This document shows positions 46,539 through 59,463 of a DNA stretch of 64,000 nucleotides, in pieces. The notes beneath the pieces were generated by a model that saw only the letters and a list, made by a program, of their open reading frames with translations, was not told where the DNA came from and made no database searches. The translations under genes were made by a program, and so were the position numbers. Numbering within the stretch: position 1 is the stretch's first letter; the number at the start of each line of letters is the position of its first letter. Source of the DNA: Lingula anatina (taxonomy: Eukaryota; Animalia; Brachiopoda); assembly GCA_051362555.1 (NCBI GenBank), contig CM120645.1, positions 8,928,001 through 8,992,000 on the forward strand, written 5' to 3'.

Positions 46539-48621
46539 TTAAGCCAACAGTAACTAGAGTCCCGACCACCTGGACGAGAGATTCGATACACGTTGGCGGT
46601 GACAAGCGGTTCACTACACATCTCGCGTTCAACAACCGCACCCTTTGGTGATTGCATGCTTTCTGCTCACCGTCTGATCATTCCGTCTCATTTGTCCATT
46701 CATGAGTAACAAAACCGTTTCTCACTTAATTGACCATCCATTTCTGGTGAAGACACAAACAACGTTTGTCGAAATGCAATGAATCTATAATTTGCGTGCG
46801 AGCTCGACAATCGCACCTTCAAAGACGTCAATTACGCTCAGCGTGACCTATAAATAACTGTCGTCTGTTTGAGGTATTATAACGGATAGCTGATCGAGAC
46901 CTATTGAAGACAACTACTGACTTAAGAAACAGGAATACGATTAGCTTCCTGTTGCATTATCGCCGGGTAGTAGTTCAGAAGAAGAAATACGTCTGTTTTA
47001 ATGACGTCTGCTTTAGATGTTTCTATCATTACACTTGCATTCAAAACTGCAGCTGTTGAAAGAATTGACAGCAATTTCTGCAGTCTACCACAAATACGGC
47101 CGTACAGTCGTAACGTTTTTTTTCACAAAATCTGTGAAGCGCCAAAGGATATGGTGCTTGGTCTTTAAGGTTAATGTAAAGCTATACTCGATTTCCCTCG
47201 ACAAATTGGTTCTGTTCGACCCTGATGCCTCGATGTAACGCCGAGGCTTAAAGAATTAACGACGCTTGGATGTCATCAGGGATTAACATCCCTTGGTATA
47301 CTTTGAATTCGTCCGGCGATAAGTAAGGCTAGAGTGATAAATATGTCCGAGTCTTCGTCGTACATGTGACATGGTCCTGAGGAAAATGGCCCTCATTAAG
47401 AAAAATATATGTTCGTTAGTCACAAGTGAAAACCTGCCACTGGTTTATCTATCTTAAGACATGATTGCGTGATAGATGCACTGAAAAAAAACGATAAATT
47501 TTCATTATGCAGGGATATAGTTATTGTGTTAAAAAAGAGGTTTATCTCCTTTGGATCGCTTCTTGGAGGAGCTCGGTCAGTTAGGCGCTTTCTGGTGCTT
47601 AATCAAAACCATTAATGGTCATTTTATGGTCATCCGATGGATTTTATTCCTCTGTGTAAGTTCCATTATTAAACATTTACATTAAGGTGATATTAAATTA
47701 ATTGTGTTTGTCATGATTTGGGTCACGTTCCTATAAGTTCACTTAGGTATACCGACAATTTCCCAAAATTTATAAAGTATGGTTTATTAGCTCATTGAAA
47801 TAACTTTGAAAATAGTAAAAAAAACAAACAAGCAAAAAACAAAAAACAAAAAAAATGGACAGTGACATGAATGGTGACAACTATATAGACGTAGTGACAT
47901 CAAAATTTATAAAAATGATCAATAACTAATTAAACGAAAACAGTGTACATTTCTTCAATTTTGATACATTCTCAGCACCAAATTATGAACATGCACTGGT
48001 GTTAATGTAGACGCTGAAACATGTATACATCACAGACTTCTATCCTATGGGAATTCAAAAGTTGTGGTGATTGCAAAATTCATAAAGAAAACTTCAAACG
48101 TCGAAAAAGTATTCAGTGAGATTGGTCTTTTGAACTCGAACTGTGTTAGAATTATAAATCATACCGATACATTGACATGTAGGCCTACTTTTGTGAATAA
48201 TAAGTAACACTTTTTTCTTTTCTTGTGTTTACGAGAGGGAGGTGCACGATGACGGCGAAAACAGACGTAAGTGATGACATTATATCCAAACAAAGGGATT
48301 AGAATGGAATCGATAGTCCTGAAAGAGTGATGAACTAAAGAAAGAATATACATGTACGCAAAGGGAAAGCGACACTATGAAACAGTTGACTGTATCAATG
48401 ATAAAAGAGTTAATGCGGTCAAACAAACGTCATTTACTGTCCATTCGGTTACATACCAACAGGTATACAAATGTACGAAGCACTTATCTTATTGAAACAA
48501 CTCTTTCTAACTTATTAACCCCCACCCTACCCCACCCCAAACACACGTGTTTCTGATTTTTTTACAGCTGACATTTATTATAACTGTCTACTCTTATCCA
48601 AATAGGTTAGTCACACACACA

Positions 48622-48652
<31 letters not shown>

Positions 48653-49328
48653 GCGCGCACTCACACACATGGGAGAGCGTGTGTGGGTTTGAGTTACAAT
48701 GGCGAAATATCAAGCCATTTATCGCAGATCAGCATAATGTCCTCTAAATGCGTCCAATACAGAAGAAAAATAATGCCTAAAAGACAACAGGCTCTCTTTG
48801 ATCTTTAAGCATGCGGTTTCCCTTTCTTATTCTCGGACGCTTTCACATCCACATGTTAAGAGGCCTTCTTGCTGTTCATCCTTTCATCCTTAGAATACTC
48901 GTTATTCGTTACGCACTCGGTGGTGATACACGTGGTGTACCTACGTGATGGTACAGTGTAATATCATAGGGATTGCTATCCTAATCACTTCTGTCTTACC
49001 TAATTTGTAGGTCTATGATATACGTAATTCCTCTATGCGTAATTCCGTTTTTTTTCCTGTTTGATCAATAAGCGTTTGTCACAATAATATTACTTTTCTA
49101 TGAAGTGCGAATTTTATTGATATGATGTAGTCGTGTACGGCGTATTATTCAGAGCAGGTAATCGCCTAAACCCTATAGCTTATCGTTGAGAATGACCTGA
49201 TGATAAACATTTCGCAGAAAAAGGTTGTTTTCGTAATGTTCTTTTGTACAATCCTCTTAAGATGGAAATCCAGCTAACGGATGCTGGTATTTTGCTGGCT
49301 TTCTACATGTAACGCCCTTCCCAACTTG

Positions 49329-49375
<47 letters not shown>

Positions 49376-50171
49376 CAGAGCTCGTTAACTAGCATGTGCA
49401 ATCAGTTCATTGGTCGTTTTAATTTGTACGCACACGCAAATACATTTGTGGTGTTAATATTCATATGTTTCAAAAGAGATTTATTAGCTCTGGAGAGTAA
49501 TAGTGCATGGTTTCACTTCTGATATACGTTGTAATTTGATATTATAATTATCTTCTTCCTGTTGTTCTTTGTCTTTCGTTGCAAGTTATTTACGCATTTT
49601 GGTCATATTTTCCTTCAAAAGAGTCTGTCTGTCTGATTGACTGATTGTCTGTCTGTCTGTCCTCCTGACAACAGGATCTCAACACTTACTTGAATACAGT
49701 ATCATATAAGAGAAAACATGAATGGTATAGCGACGTGGAGTCACGGAGTAATACAGCTCGATTCCTAGGTCCAGTTGTAGCTTATTTCCGTGAACCAGTA
49801 TTAGTTATTTCCCCTTATGTGATAGCACACTGGCTTTCTTGGATATACAATATATTTATGCAGGATGATTATGAAGTAAATACATCGCATATCAAGATAA
49901 AGAGTTCGAATGCCAAATGCGGTTGGTGAGAGTTTTTAATGTGTGTGTATATATGTGTGCAACTTATTTTGACTATACATAGAATACAACATTTATGTAA
50001 CAATAAAAAAAACCTTTCTGGACTTGTAATTGATGACAGTTTTGATCTCGTTCTATATTTTTGTTACTAAGAATGCTTAAAGCATTGCAAATGAATATGT
50101 CACATGTCCACATTGGACAAGTAAACAAGCAAAAAAAAAAAAAAATGACAAGTAAACTGACCTTTTAGACC

Positions 50172-50393
50172 CCATTCCCATAGATTTTAGATCGATCTAT
50201 CCCTGTGGGGAGTCTCACTAGATTACTGTCAGCTTAGCCGGCTTAAGCGTCTGTCCCGCCTACTAAAAGCTGTAAGGGGGTAATTAACTATGGTGCGCGC
50301 TCGGCTGACTGCAGTTTAGCGTGAACCCCCAGGGAGTAAGGTCCATCTAAATCTAAATCTCTGGATCGATCTAAATCTCTGGGAATGCACCCT
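50172..50393. mobile_element. Hairpin MITE
   Basis: cattcccatagattttagatcgatc versus gatcgatctaaatctctgggaatg inverted ends. Confidence 0.65.
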
Positions 50394-53060
50394 TAAACGC
50401 CTGGAACCTATTTTCGAGAACACCCCCTTTCCCTTCTCCGGCCACTGGTTATCCAGAAGTCAGACAGGACAATTATGGATTCATGCAAATGTCAGGAAAC
50501 CCATCCCTAAGTACTGTCAATGCAAACGATAGCCTCACAGGACCGGAGTAATGCCTGCTTTCCAAATCTAATCCTGCTCCCAGGTTGAAATCAAAGATAA
50601 CCAAAACGTCAAGCGTCAAACCTGCATTAAACATGTAACATCATATTCCCTAGTTCTTGAAGGAATTCATTAGACTTGTAATGCAATGAGCTTTCTGTTG
50701 TTTTTCTTTTTTTTTCATCATACCACAGACAACTGATTTCCCGATGAATATTTGACAAAACAAAAAAGTAACTGTGATTTAATTAAAAAACTATGATAAG
50801 ACCTAGTTGTGAACTGTAAAAGCGCATACTTTCCAGCAATTTGACATTTATTTTTAACAATAAAGTTCCAAATGCTACCCCGCCCCCCGACACACCCCCT
50901 TTTATATCTTATTATTTTTCATCACGATGCTGAACACGACTTTGAGATTTATTTTTTTCATTTTTTAACAGCGGACGTGTGCCACTTTCACGTTAATGAC
51001 ACAGTAGCTGCATATTTTGGATGGTGTCATGCCTTCAACGAATAGATCAGCTGCCTCTTCGTCAACCAAGCTAGATTTATGTTTCTTCAGATGAAATATC
51101 ACCCAACAGCTAGCAAAAGAAATGTGGACTTGCGGCTATGGATCCACAACACACTCGGGTCAATCGGGTTCGTTTCAGAGAACCTGCATGTAGAACCTAG
51201 TTGCAGATGGCTTAATGAGACAAAGAGCCTGTCTCTACAGTTTTATTCCACCTAAAAAAGGGTCTGGTTTACAGGGAAGTGGCAATTACCTTTTCTTATC
51301 GCGCGTTAAATGGAAAGGGCAATGATCTTACCTGTACATCGCCTGAACATTGTCACTTCATGGTTTGATTTTCTATATGGCATATTTCAAAGATACTACC
51401 ACATGGTTCAGTGAGATCAGGATATATAACTATTTATAATTGGTGGCTGATAGTGGCCATTTGTTAATTATGTATTTTTTATATTGCATTTCTTGTTTTT
51501 CTCCGTAGAAAGCTCATCTTATCACGGCACATTTTAATGGTCTACATATTTTAATTTCCTATTTTTAATTCAATTCAATCTATAACTAGTGTACTTGCTT
51601 AGTTAACGATGTAAATAGACACGAAAAAAAAAAACTATAATCCCACTACCTTTCCCTGAAACACGCATGGCTCGCTTGTGTTCCAAGTTAGTTACAAGTT
51701 ATTATAAGTTATTATAAGATCTGTACCAAGTAGCTGAACCGCCCACAACCCTCTCTCTGATAAAACGACGTGTGTGACTGTCTCCTGGCGAGAGTGGAGA
51801 CCTTTTTGCATTAAAATAAACGGAAAATGACTGTGTTAATATCAAATTTAAACATTAAATAAAAAACTATCTGAAATTACAACATTTTTTGTTACCACCA
51901 GCACTGCATGACTTGGTAAAACTGCCTTGTTTACTATGATATTTGAACTTAATTATGTTTTCCAATGGACCTATTTTTATTATTATACCTTTTTAATTTA
52001 TCAGGGAGTGGCGCCTAGAGAACAAATGGAGGTGAGCACTGCCCTTGCCTTCCTTTTTTAATTCCTGGACACCGTTCACTCACTTGACTTAACCGAATTT
52101 TTTTTAATGCCGGAATTTAGAATTATGTGTTTCAAACATTTTCCTCGCCAGGGCCGTTACCCCCAGAGTGTGAGAGAGCAAACACTGATAAAGCGGCAAT
52201 GCAGAGGTGAAATATTGGCAGCAACTGGAACGTGTTCCTGCAACTTGGTAACCGCAACTTCTTAGCTGGCCCTAGTCAAGGCGTCCCGATCCTTGTATCA
52301 AAGGCCCATAAATGCTTCCAGAGGTGCACTTCTTGGACCGCTGAATGAGGCGAGCTTTAATAAGAGATGTCATCCGTAACCATGCTCCCCCAGGGTCTGA
52401 GTCAAATAACGTTAGCAGCAGTAGCGGTAGAAGGAAAAGGAATGAGAGAGAGAGAGAGAGAGAGAGATCAAATGGAAAAGTAGAAAAGAAGCCAGATACA
52501 TCAACATTGCAATGCTGAAAGCTTCTAAATGCAAACAGATAACGAAATCTATATTCATATTTCAGCAATACATAATGTGAAATTTAAGTAAACTTCATAT
52601 AATATTAGTTCATATTTGCTAAATGTGCTTCATCAACTTTGATCAAAAACGAGGTACATGATTGCCCCAACGTATCAGTTACTATAGCGGTAGAACAGTT
52701 TTAGTTTTCTCTTAACTGAATAAATATATATACTTTTTTTTGCAAAATTTCTCCCATTTTTTCTAGAAAATTTCTGGTTTCCCACAAAAATGAACATCAC
52801 AGTCCGGTTGGTCATTATTTTTGAATGACGCAAAATATTTTTTTTCACTTCAAGGGTTTTCTTTCAACTGCAAGAGGCCTTGTCAAATTAATTTATACCG
52901 TGCAAATTTTTGTGACAGCTGGTTACGCCAAACGTTATGAAGTGTTAATTCTAACCTTACCCGGCCATTTAAAAGGTCAATGTTAAATGGGCCGAATAAA
53001 TAGAAAACGCTTCTCGCAAAACAATTTCGACACTTTTCGCCAGGGAAGCGGGGCAGAACG

Positions 53061-53491
53061 ATGCCGATCCAAACTCTCGGCTCGTGTGTGGTGCTTCTTC
53101 TTTTTCTGGTCACCGTCGCTGCAGGACTTAAAGAAAACAGAACAAAGCTTGGTAAGAACTCATTTCAAGGTGAGAGAAAGGATCCATTTATCATAGGTAT
53201 AAACTGATGGAAAACCGACCAGGTGAAACCAGTTATTGTTTGTAGAAACTGTTGCGTTTTGACCGTGGTGAATTATGGTAACAATTTATTGTTATGAAGA
53301 ACCCCAAATGAAGTCTATTTCTCAATTTCAAAAAAAAAAAAAAAAATCAATTATAGCATTGTAATTCTTTTGTGAACTGTCATATTTCATATAAATTATT
53401 TTAAAATCTTTTTTTATCTAATATTTGGGGGTGTGCAGGTCTCTGTTCTAGTAACAATGAAGGTTATGATAAAATCATCGTTTTTCTTTAC

Positions 53492-53537
<46 letters not shown>

Positions 53538-55438
53538 CCTCCCTCCCTCCCTCCTAAGTGATCAGTTTAAACATACTTACTCCCCTTGAAAAGAATGAGT
53601 CTGCTCACCCTTAGATCCGTACAGGGTAGGGCTAGCGTGACGTAATTTGGTCAAAATCAAGGGAATCGGACTCTCTCTGACATGAGGCCTTTTGATCATC
53701 TTTTTATTAAAAATATACTGTATCTTTACCGACCTAATCTTGATGCTGTTATTGTTTACAAGAGAAAATTGGTCGATTGCTGAAAATGAGGGTTTTTTCG
53801 CAGCGATTTTTTCTTTTTATCTTCTCTTTTTAATTCAAAAGATTAAAATATAAAAATAATCTTACAGTGACAACTACACGTATGATTTTCAGGGAACAGC
53901 GAAATGACCAGTATGAAGAGTACCGCGGTACCAGAAGACATACAATCCCTGTACAACCTGTCCCGCCTTCACCACGACTACATACTGGAGCACCGCCACT
54001 GGCTGCTGGAGCTGGAAACCAACCTCGGCGAGGAACGCCAGAAACGCTTGAATCTGACCTGTAGGGCTGACAAGGATCTCGTCACGCAATATCGGAAAAT
54101 AACCCAGCTGGATCTAGCCCTCAGGAATTTAAAACAAACGATCAGAAACGAGTTAGAAGAGAGCAAGAAACATATTAAAAAGGTAGAAAATGAGACAGCG
54201 CAACTACGGAGGTTGTATTTCGAAGAGGAGAAAGTCCACAAAAACGCCTCCTCGGACTTTGAAAGCGTCATTTTGGAGCAGCAGAAACAGATCGCGGCAC
54301 TCGAGCAGTTGCTGTATGACATTGGGGAGGAACTTAGCAAAGAAATCGAAACGAAGGGATTAAAGAGTAAGTTTAACGCTATAAACGAGGTCTTACCACC
54401 AACGACGACGACGCAGCCACCGCCCCTGCTGAATCCTAGTCAGAACGCGCATGTGGCGGCTCACAGCGGCAACGGATTGCCTTCAGTGAATCGTCAGACA
54501 GAGCAAGCGCTGCGCTTAACCAATTTCCAAAAATCTCTTCTAGAGGAACGCGCAAGGCGCATCAATTTAACTCTGATCGTTCAAAAGCAAGAACAGCGCA
54601 TCATACAGCTAGAAAACTACATTTCTAAATCCAAACCAAGATTTTCGTTCAGAAACAATTTTCGCTTTCTCGATTCTCAGCAGAACATCAACAGACCTGG
54701 TAAAGGGGATCACGTGAAATGTGAGCAGCAAGAGAACCGTATTGACCAACTGGAAGCAGTGTTAGCGGCCGAAAAAAGCAGCCATGAATCAAAGAGTAAA
54801 CAGGTTACTTAATTTGACAATCTTTAACTAGGTTCGATATATCGCTTCTATACATCCATCTGCCCCTGCCCCCAAATTACTTTATTAATTAAATAGCATC
54901 ATTAAGTGAAAATCTACAATAATGATAAGTTAGACTTAAATACGTCTTCCCGGAAAAAAAATAGTTTCCATAGTCCTAGAACAAATATCTTTGCAAATAA
55001 AATATATTTTGACAATCATTTTAACAATTCCATTACATTTTTAATATTGATATTAATGTCTATGATTTTTTTACCCAGTTGCCCCTCCCCCTTCGGGCTT
55101 TCCTAATAATGAAGCATCGCGTAATGAAAAATTAATTAGATTTCTTTCTCCCAGCTGAACAAAATATACCTTTGACATTTTGTAAATGAAAAATAGAATT
55201 CACATTCTCTGCACTAAATGTCACGGACGACATGAAATGTATAAAAAAATAAAAATTGTGATTTTCTTCAACATTTCTTTACAGTTGGCAGAATTGTCCA
55301 AAGCCTTGACAAGAGAAGTAGAGCAGCGATCCAGAGCTGAAGAACAATTTCAGTCAGCTTTGCAAGGTGAATTGAATCAGTCACGTCAAGTGAGAGAGGG
55401 AGGATTTCTTTGTGAAGAATCGAAAGAAAGCAAGGTTA

Positions 55439-55470
<32 letters not shown>

Positions 55471-58374
55471 CTATTTTTGTGAATAATCAAAAGAAAGCAA
55501 GCTTACAAAGAGAGTAGAGAGGGGGATTTCTTTGTGAACGATCAAAACAAAACAATGATATTTAGTGGAGGTGCAGAAGTAGAGGTGCAGAATTTTGTTT
55601 TTCTCCTTATCGCCTTCTTTCGCTCCACTGAGAGCATGCTTCGACAATATTTCTCCAACAGACCGTAATCTGATGTGTCCCACTTAATTCTATCCGAAGA
55701 ATGATTTTTCAACCTGACTTTAACAAGTAAATAGTTCGCAGAATTACGAAAATATAATATGATAACGGTTTTTAGAAAAAGCTTAACCCACCCTGATAAA
55801 CGACCTTGATAAACGATCAGCCTATACGTGTCATTCCAGAGTTGAACAAGCACAAATTCGTGGATGTGTATGCTGAAGGAATGGGGCTAGACGATACACA
55901 GGGTCTCACCAAACAAGCTTTTGCAAAAGTATGTATATTTGTTTAATGTGTGGCCCACAGTGCCAGCAACAATTACTCTTTCTAAATCAAAAATGATTTT
56001 AAAATGTTTTAAGCAGGCACATACAGATGATACACTATGCTCGTACTCAAAACGCTACTTTAATGTTTCAGAAGCCTTTATTGTAGAATACGAACATAGA
56101 GCTGCGCAAATATTTTGTCTGGTAAATAATAACATTTTTATCCTTTTACCTTATATTGAAAGGAAATAGAAAATGAAAGGATAAAATGTCCTTAGTAACA
56201 AAATGTCACGGGGGAGGGAGGGGTCGCTGTAAATACATACATGTCATCTGCATGCGGTGTTCAGAATGGAAGTAATCTTCCTAGCAGGATCGATTTATCT
56301 CAGTCAGTGTAATCAGCTTAATTTTCTGGCACGCCCCCTCGCAAAGCAACATGAATAACATCATGGACCACAAAGTTTTCCATACTTTACCCAAGTTCTT
56401 TAAGGGGGCGCGCCAGACAATTAATCTGATCACATTGAATGCGCCTTGGCGAGATTCCCCGCTGAGAAGGATCGATCCTGCTAGTACGATAACTTCTATT
56501 TTGAACACAGCCTCAGATCATGTGTATTTCTACAGGTTAACGGAAGGATGTACTCCAACCGCTTCAACCGCGGGTTCAACTTTCTGGTCCTTAACGGCAC
56601 CTCAGGGGCCAAAATGGCGCACGTGTGCTTCGATCCCTTTGGCAAACCAGACGACGACAACGCAGTGTTCCACTACGTGAAAAATAGTATACCATTTGGG
56701 TGAGTTCGGTTAAAAAGTAATAAAAAATATATTCAAGGAGAGTACGCTTGCATGCCATGTGGTTTGTGTTCATTGAATGAGCTTGGCTTTTCGATTTTTG
56801 TTTCTCTCTTCATGCAGTAGAAATCCGTATAACGAGCTGCTTGGGAAGCTGATACATATTTGATCAATCCTCGCCTTGACATTTGAAACAGATCTAACAA
56901 AAAATTCAAAGTACAAACGAGAATAACGCTTGGTAATATTTTAAGTGGTAATTTTATTAAGTATAACATATGACCTTTATTTGAAAGGAGCGTCGTCGCT
57001 AACATCGAGTGTGCACATTTCAAAGCCAATTAACGACTTAATCCAATCAATGAACACGAGGACATTAATGGCAATTAAACACCTGGCGTTTAAGTTAAAA
57101 CTAAATACAATTCTTGATCATTTCAGTGCTATAGTGGTGGTGTTTACCTTTGATGAAGCTTCTAAAAATTCGGTAATGGCCAAGGAGGCGTTAAAAATGC
57201 TTGGAGCGTCCGATGTGAATCTGGCTTACAGAGGTCTGTCATTTTTTAAAGTCGGAACTTATTTTTTTAAATAAACATTTCTCACTGACACGTTGCTATT
57301 GTATGCTGTCGGTTGTTGTAATTGTCCCAAATTATACATGTCAAAAAGAAAAAAGAGGAATGGATAAAATAGATACTGGAGAGGGAAATATCACATTTTA
57401 CAGTTACAATGACATATGAATGAATGTTTATAGATATGTTTTACCAAAATGTCGGACAAAAAGATATAGAAACACTTTTATCCCATACTGTTTATATACG
57501 TGTCAATGATCTAGGTCTATCCATTAACTTTTAGCTTTTGAAAACAACAACGAATCACCATTTTTAACCTCATTATTGGTTTTATAACTTAGAATTTATC
57601 TTAAAGCTCTATTTTAGTACTACATCTTTATACTTTTATATATATACATTCAATATATGTCTTATATATTGCAAAGAACACAATAAACCTTTATTACACT
57701 CAGATGATTGTATTCATAATGTGACGTCAATGACACAGCAATATACGTGTATGCTGCTGTGGGCTATAGATTTAATTTACCCTTGACAACATACTATTTC
57801 CCAGAACATACGTCACAGGTAGAGATGATATACCTGCATTCAATCTGTATAAAATGTCATTGGGGCGTACAAAAGATCCCTTTATATTAATTGTACATAT
57901 TCCGAGGATATATCTACATGTGATGCATCTAGAGGTATAGAGAGATTGACTGAACAAGTTACACTGGCAGGTCCAAAGCCAGGGAGGGGGTTCAACAGAC
58001 CCCCCCCACTTTTGCCAGTAAATACCCCCCCTCCCCGCCTCTGGGTGAAATTTGATCTAGGTACACGAAGGTTTCATAGTAAAAAGTCCACTTTTTCCAC
58101 AAAAAGACCCCCCCCCCCTTTTGAAATTGCTGTCTACGGGCCTACATGTATGTGTATAATCTTGACATTGGTAATAATTGTATATTTGTAGGTAAATTTA
58201 TATATTTGTATGTATTTGTATATTGGTATTATTTGTGTGTGTATATATCTTCCAGATGCTTTTGCCATGCTGGGGTTCAGGGGTCACTACAAACCCCACT
58301 GGGTCCAGCAAAGCCTGGCCAAGAGACACCATGGTCCAGCGGTGGTCAACTCCAGGATACCGCTCATCTACTAG
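53061..58374 (+). CDS. Secreted coiled-coil protein with C-terminal ILEI/PANDER (GG-type lectin, FAM3-like) domain
   Basis: Exons 53061-53169 (alternative donor 53151), 53893-54803, 55285-55366, 55840-55928, 56536-56699, 57127-57233, 58256-58374; 1581 nt, 526 aa, all phases compatible. Signal peptide MPIQTLGSCVVLLLFLVTVAAG; long heptad region; ILEI signature NRGFNFLVLN...FDPF...VVVFTFDEAS...LKMLGA...LAYRDAFAMLGFRG...W. Confidence 0.85.
56257..56510. mobile_element. Hairpin MITE in an intron of the ILEI gene; related fragment at about 27688-27770
   Basis: tgttcagaatggaagt..ctagcaggatcgat versus atcgatcctgctagtacgataacttctattttgaaca; 27688-27770 (ttatcgtaccagcaggatcgatc) resembles one arm. Confidence 0.7.
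57968..58144. mobile_element. MITE, same family as 30451-30613 (opposite orientation)
   Basis: ctctgggtgaaatttgatctaggtacacgaaggttt..gtaaaaagtccactttttc...ttgaaattgctgtctacgggcct is the reverse complement of the 30451 element. Confidence 0.8.
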
Positions 58375-58454
58375 CCTACTGGTCTACTGGCCAGGGACTC
58401 GTTAGTTTACTGTACGAGGACTAATGGTACTTCTTACCCGAGAACAGTTTTTCA

Positions 58455-58602
58455 TGTATCACCTATGGGAATAAGAACTCGGAAAGTGAATTTGCGTCAT
58501 CGTCTATGCGAATAAGAACGCGCAGAACAAAATTGCATCATCACCTACGCGGTTAAGGCCCCAGAGAACAAATGTGCATGTATCATCTATGCGAACAAGA
58601 AT
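58455..58602 (+). repeat. Degenerate about 41-bp tandem repeat (4 copies) in the ILEI gene 3' UTR
   Basis: cacctatgggaataagaac, cgtctatgcgaataagaac, cacctacgcggttaaggcc, catctatgcgaacaagaat at about 58460, 58501, 58542, 58584. Confidence 0.6.
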
Positions 58603-59285
58603 GTTAACGGTACTTTGCTACAGAACCATGTTGATTTTCTTTCGCTGAATGCACAGTTCCAATTATTTCTGCTCCTCAAAGAGGTGATTGCATTGCATCA
58701 GATGTGCGGCACATTGCAGCACAATTTTAGTTCGTGCAGGACGGATTCAATATATCAGTAAAGTAAATGCATCAGTTGCGACTGCGCTGGATTGCGCGTG
58801 TGGCTAAGAACCACAATGACAATCTTTGAAATTTTCTGAAATAAAATATGAACACAAACATAAATGACAGAGAATGTGGAGAATACGTCTAAAATTTTAA
58901 ATATTTATTTCTCATGAAGCTGAAGCCTCAAAGCAATTTTTTTAATTTAAAAAAGCATTCCAAAGGTGTAAAGTTAAACTAATGCGCCACATACCGATAT
59001 ATTTCTTTGAATGTGTTATAGTCCCCTACCGAATTGCCTGCATAGCCACTGCTCTCCTCTGAAAACCCATGGCATCTATAGGATAATTTCTCCCATAAGT
59101 AGTGCGATCCTATAACAGAATCTGTTTGCCCTAAATCCACTTCTTCTAGAGGTGTTGCAGAAGGTGCATAATCAGCATGCAAAATTTGAATTCTGGGTAC
59201 TTCGTTACCAACTCGTAGTATATGGATACGGGTATATTTACCCGTGACTGCTAGTGTGAGTTGTTTAGTCCCAATCCTGAGCTCA

Positions 59286-59463
59286 GTGCCTGGTTTCACA
59301 AAAAAACTTAAGTCTGGTTCCCTGGCTAAGAACTTAATTATCAAGGTTACATGGTCACATGGGCACATCTTACCCTACCAGGAGCAGTGTAACAGCACTC
59401 TCAAGGAAATCCTAGTCAACTAAGCCAGGGAACTGACTTAAGATTTTTTGTGAAACTGGGGCC
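59286..59463. mobile_element. Hairpin MITE
   Basis: gtttcacaaaaaaacttaagtctggttccctggcta versus tagtcaactaagccagggaactgacttaagattttttgtgaaac inverted arms. Confidence 0.72.

Noticed and set aside
12156-58374. Functional cluster linking RXYLT1 with the ILEI (POMGNT1-stem-like) gene in dystroglycan glycosylation
   Set aside because: Nearly 40 kb apart with unrelated genes between; the ILEI protein has no glycosyltransferase domain; likely coincidence.
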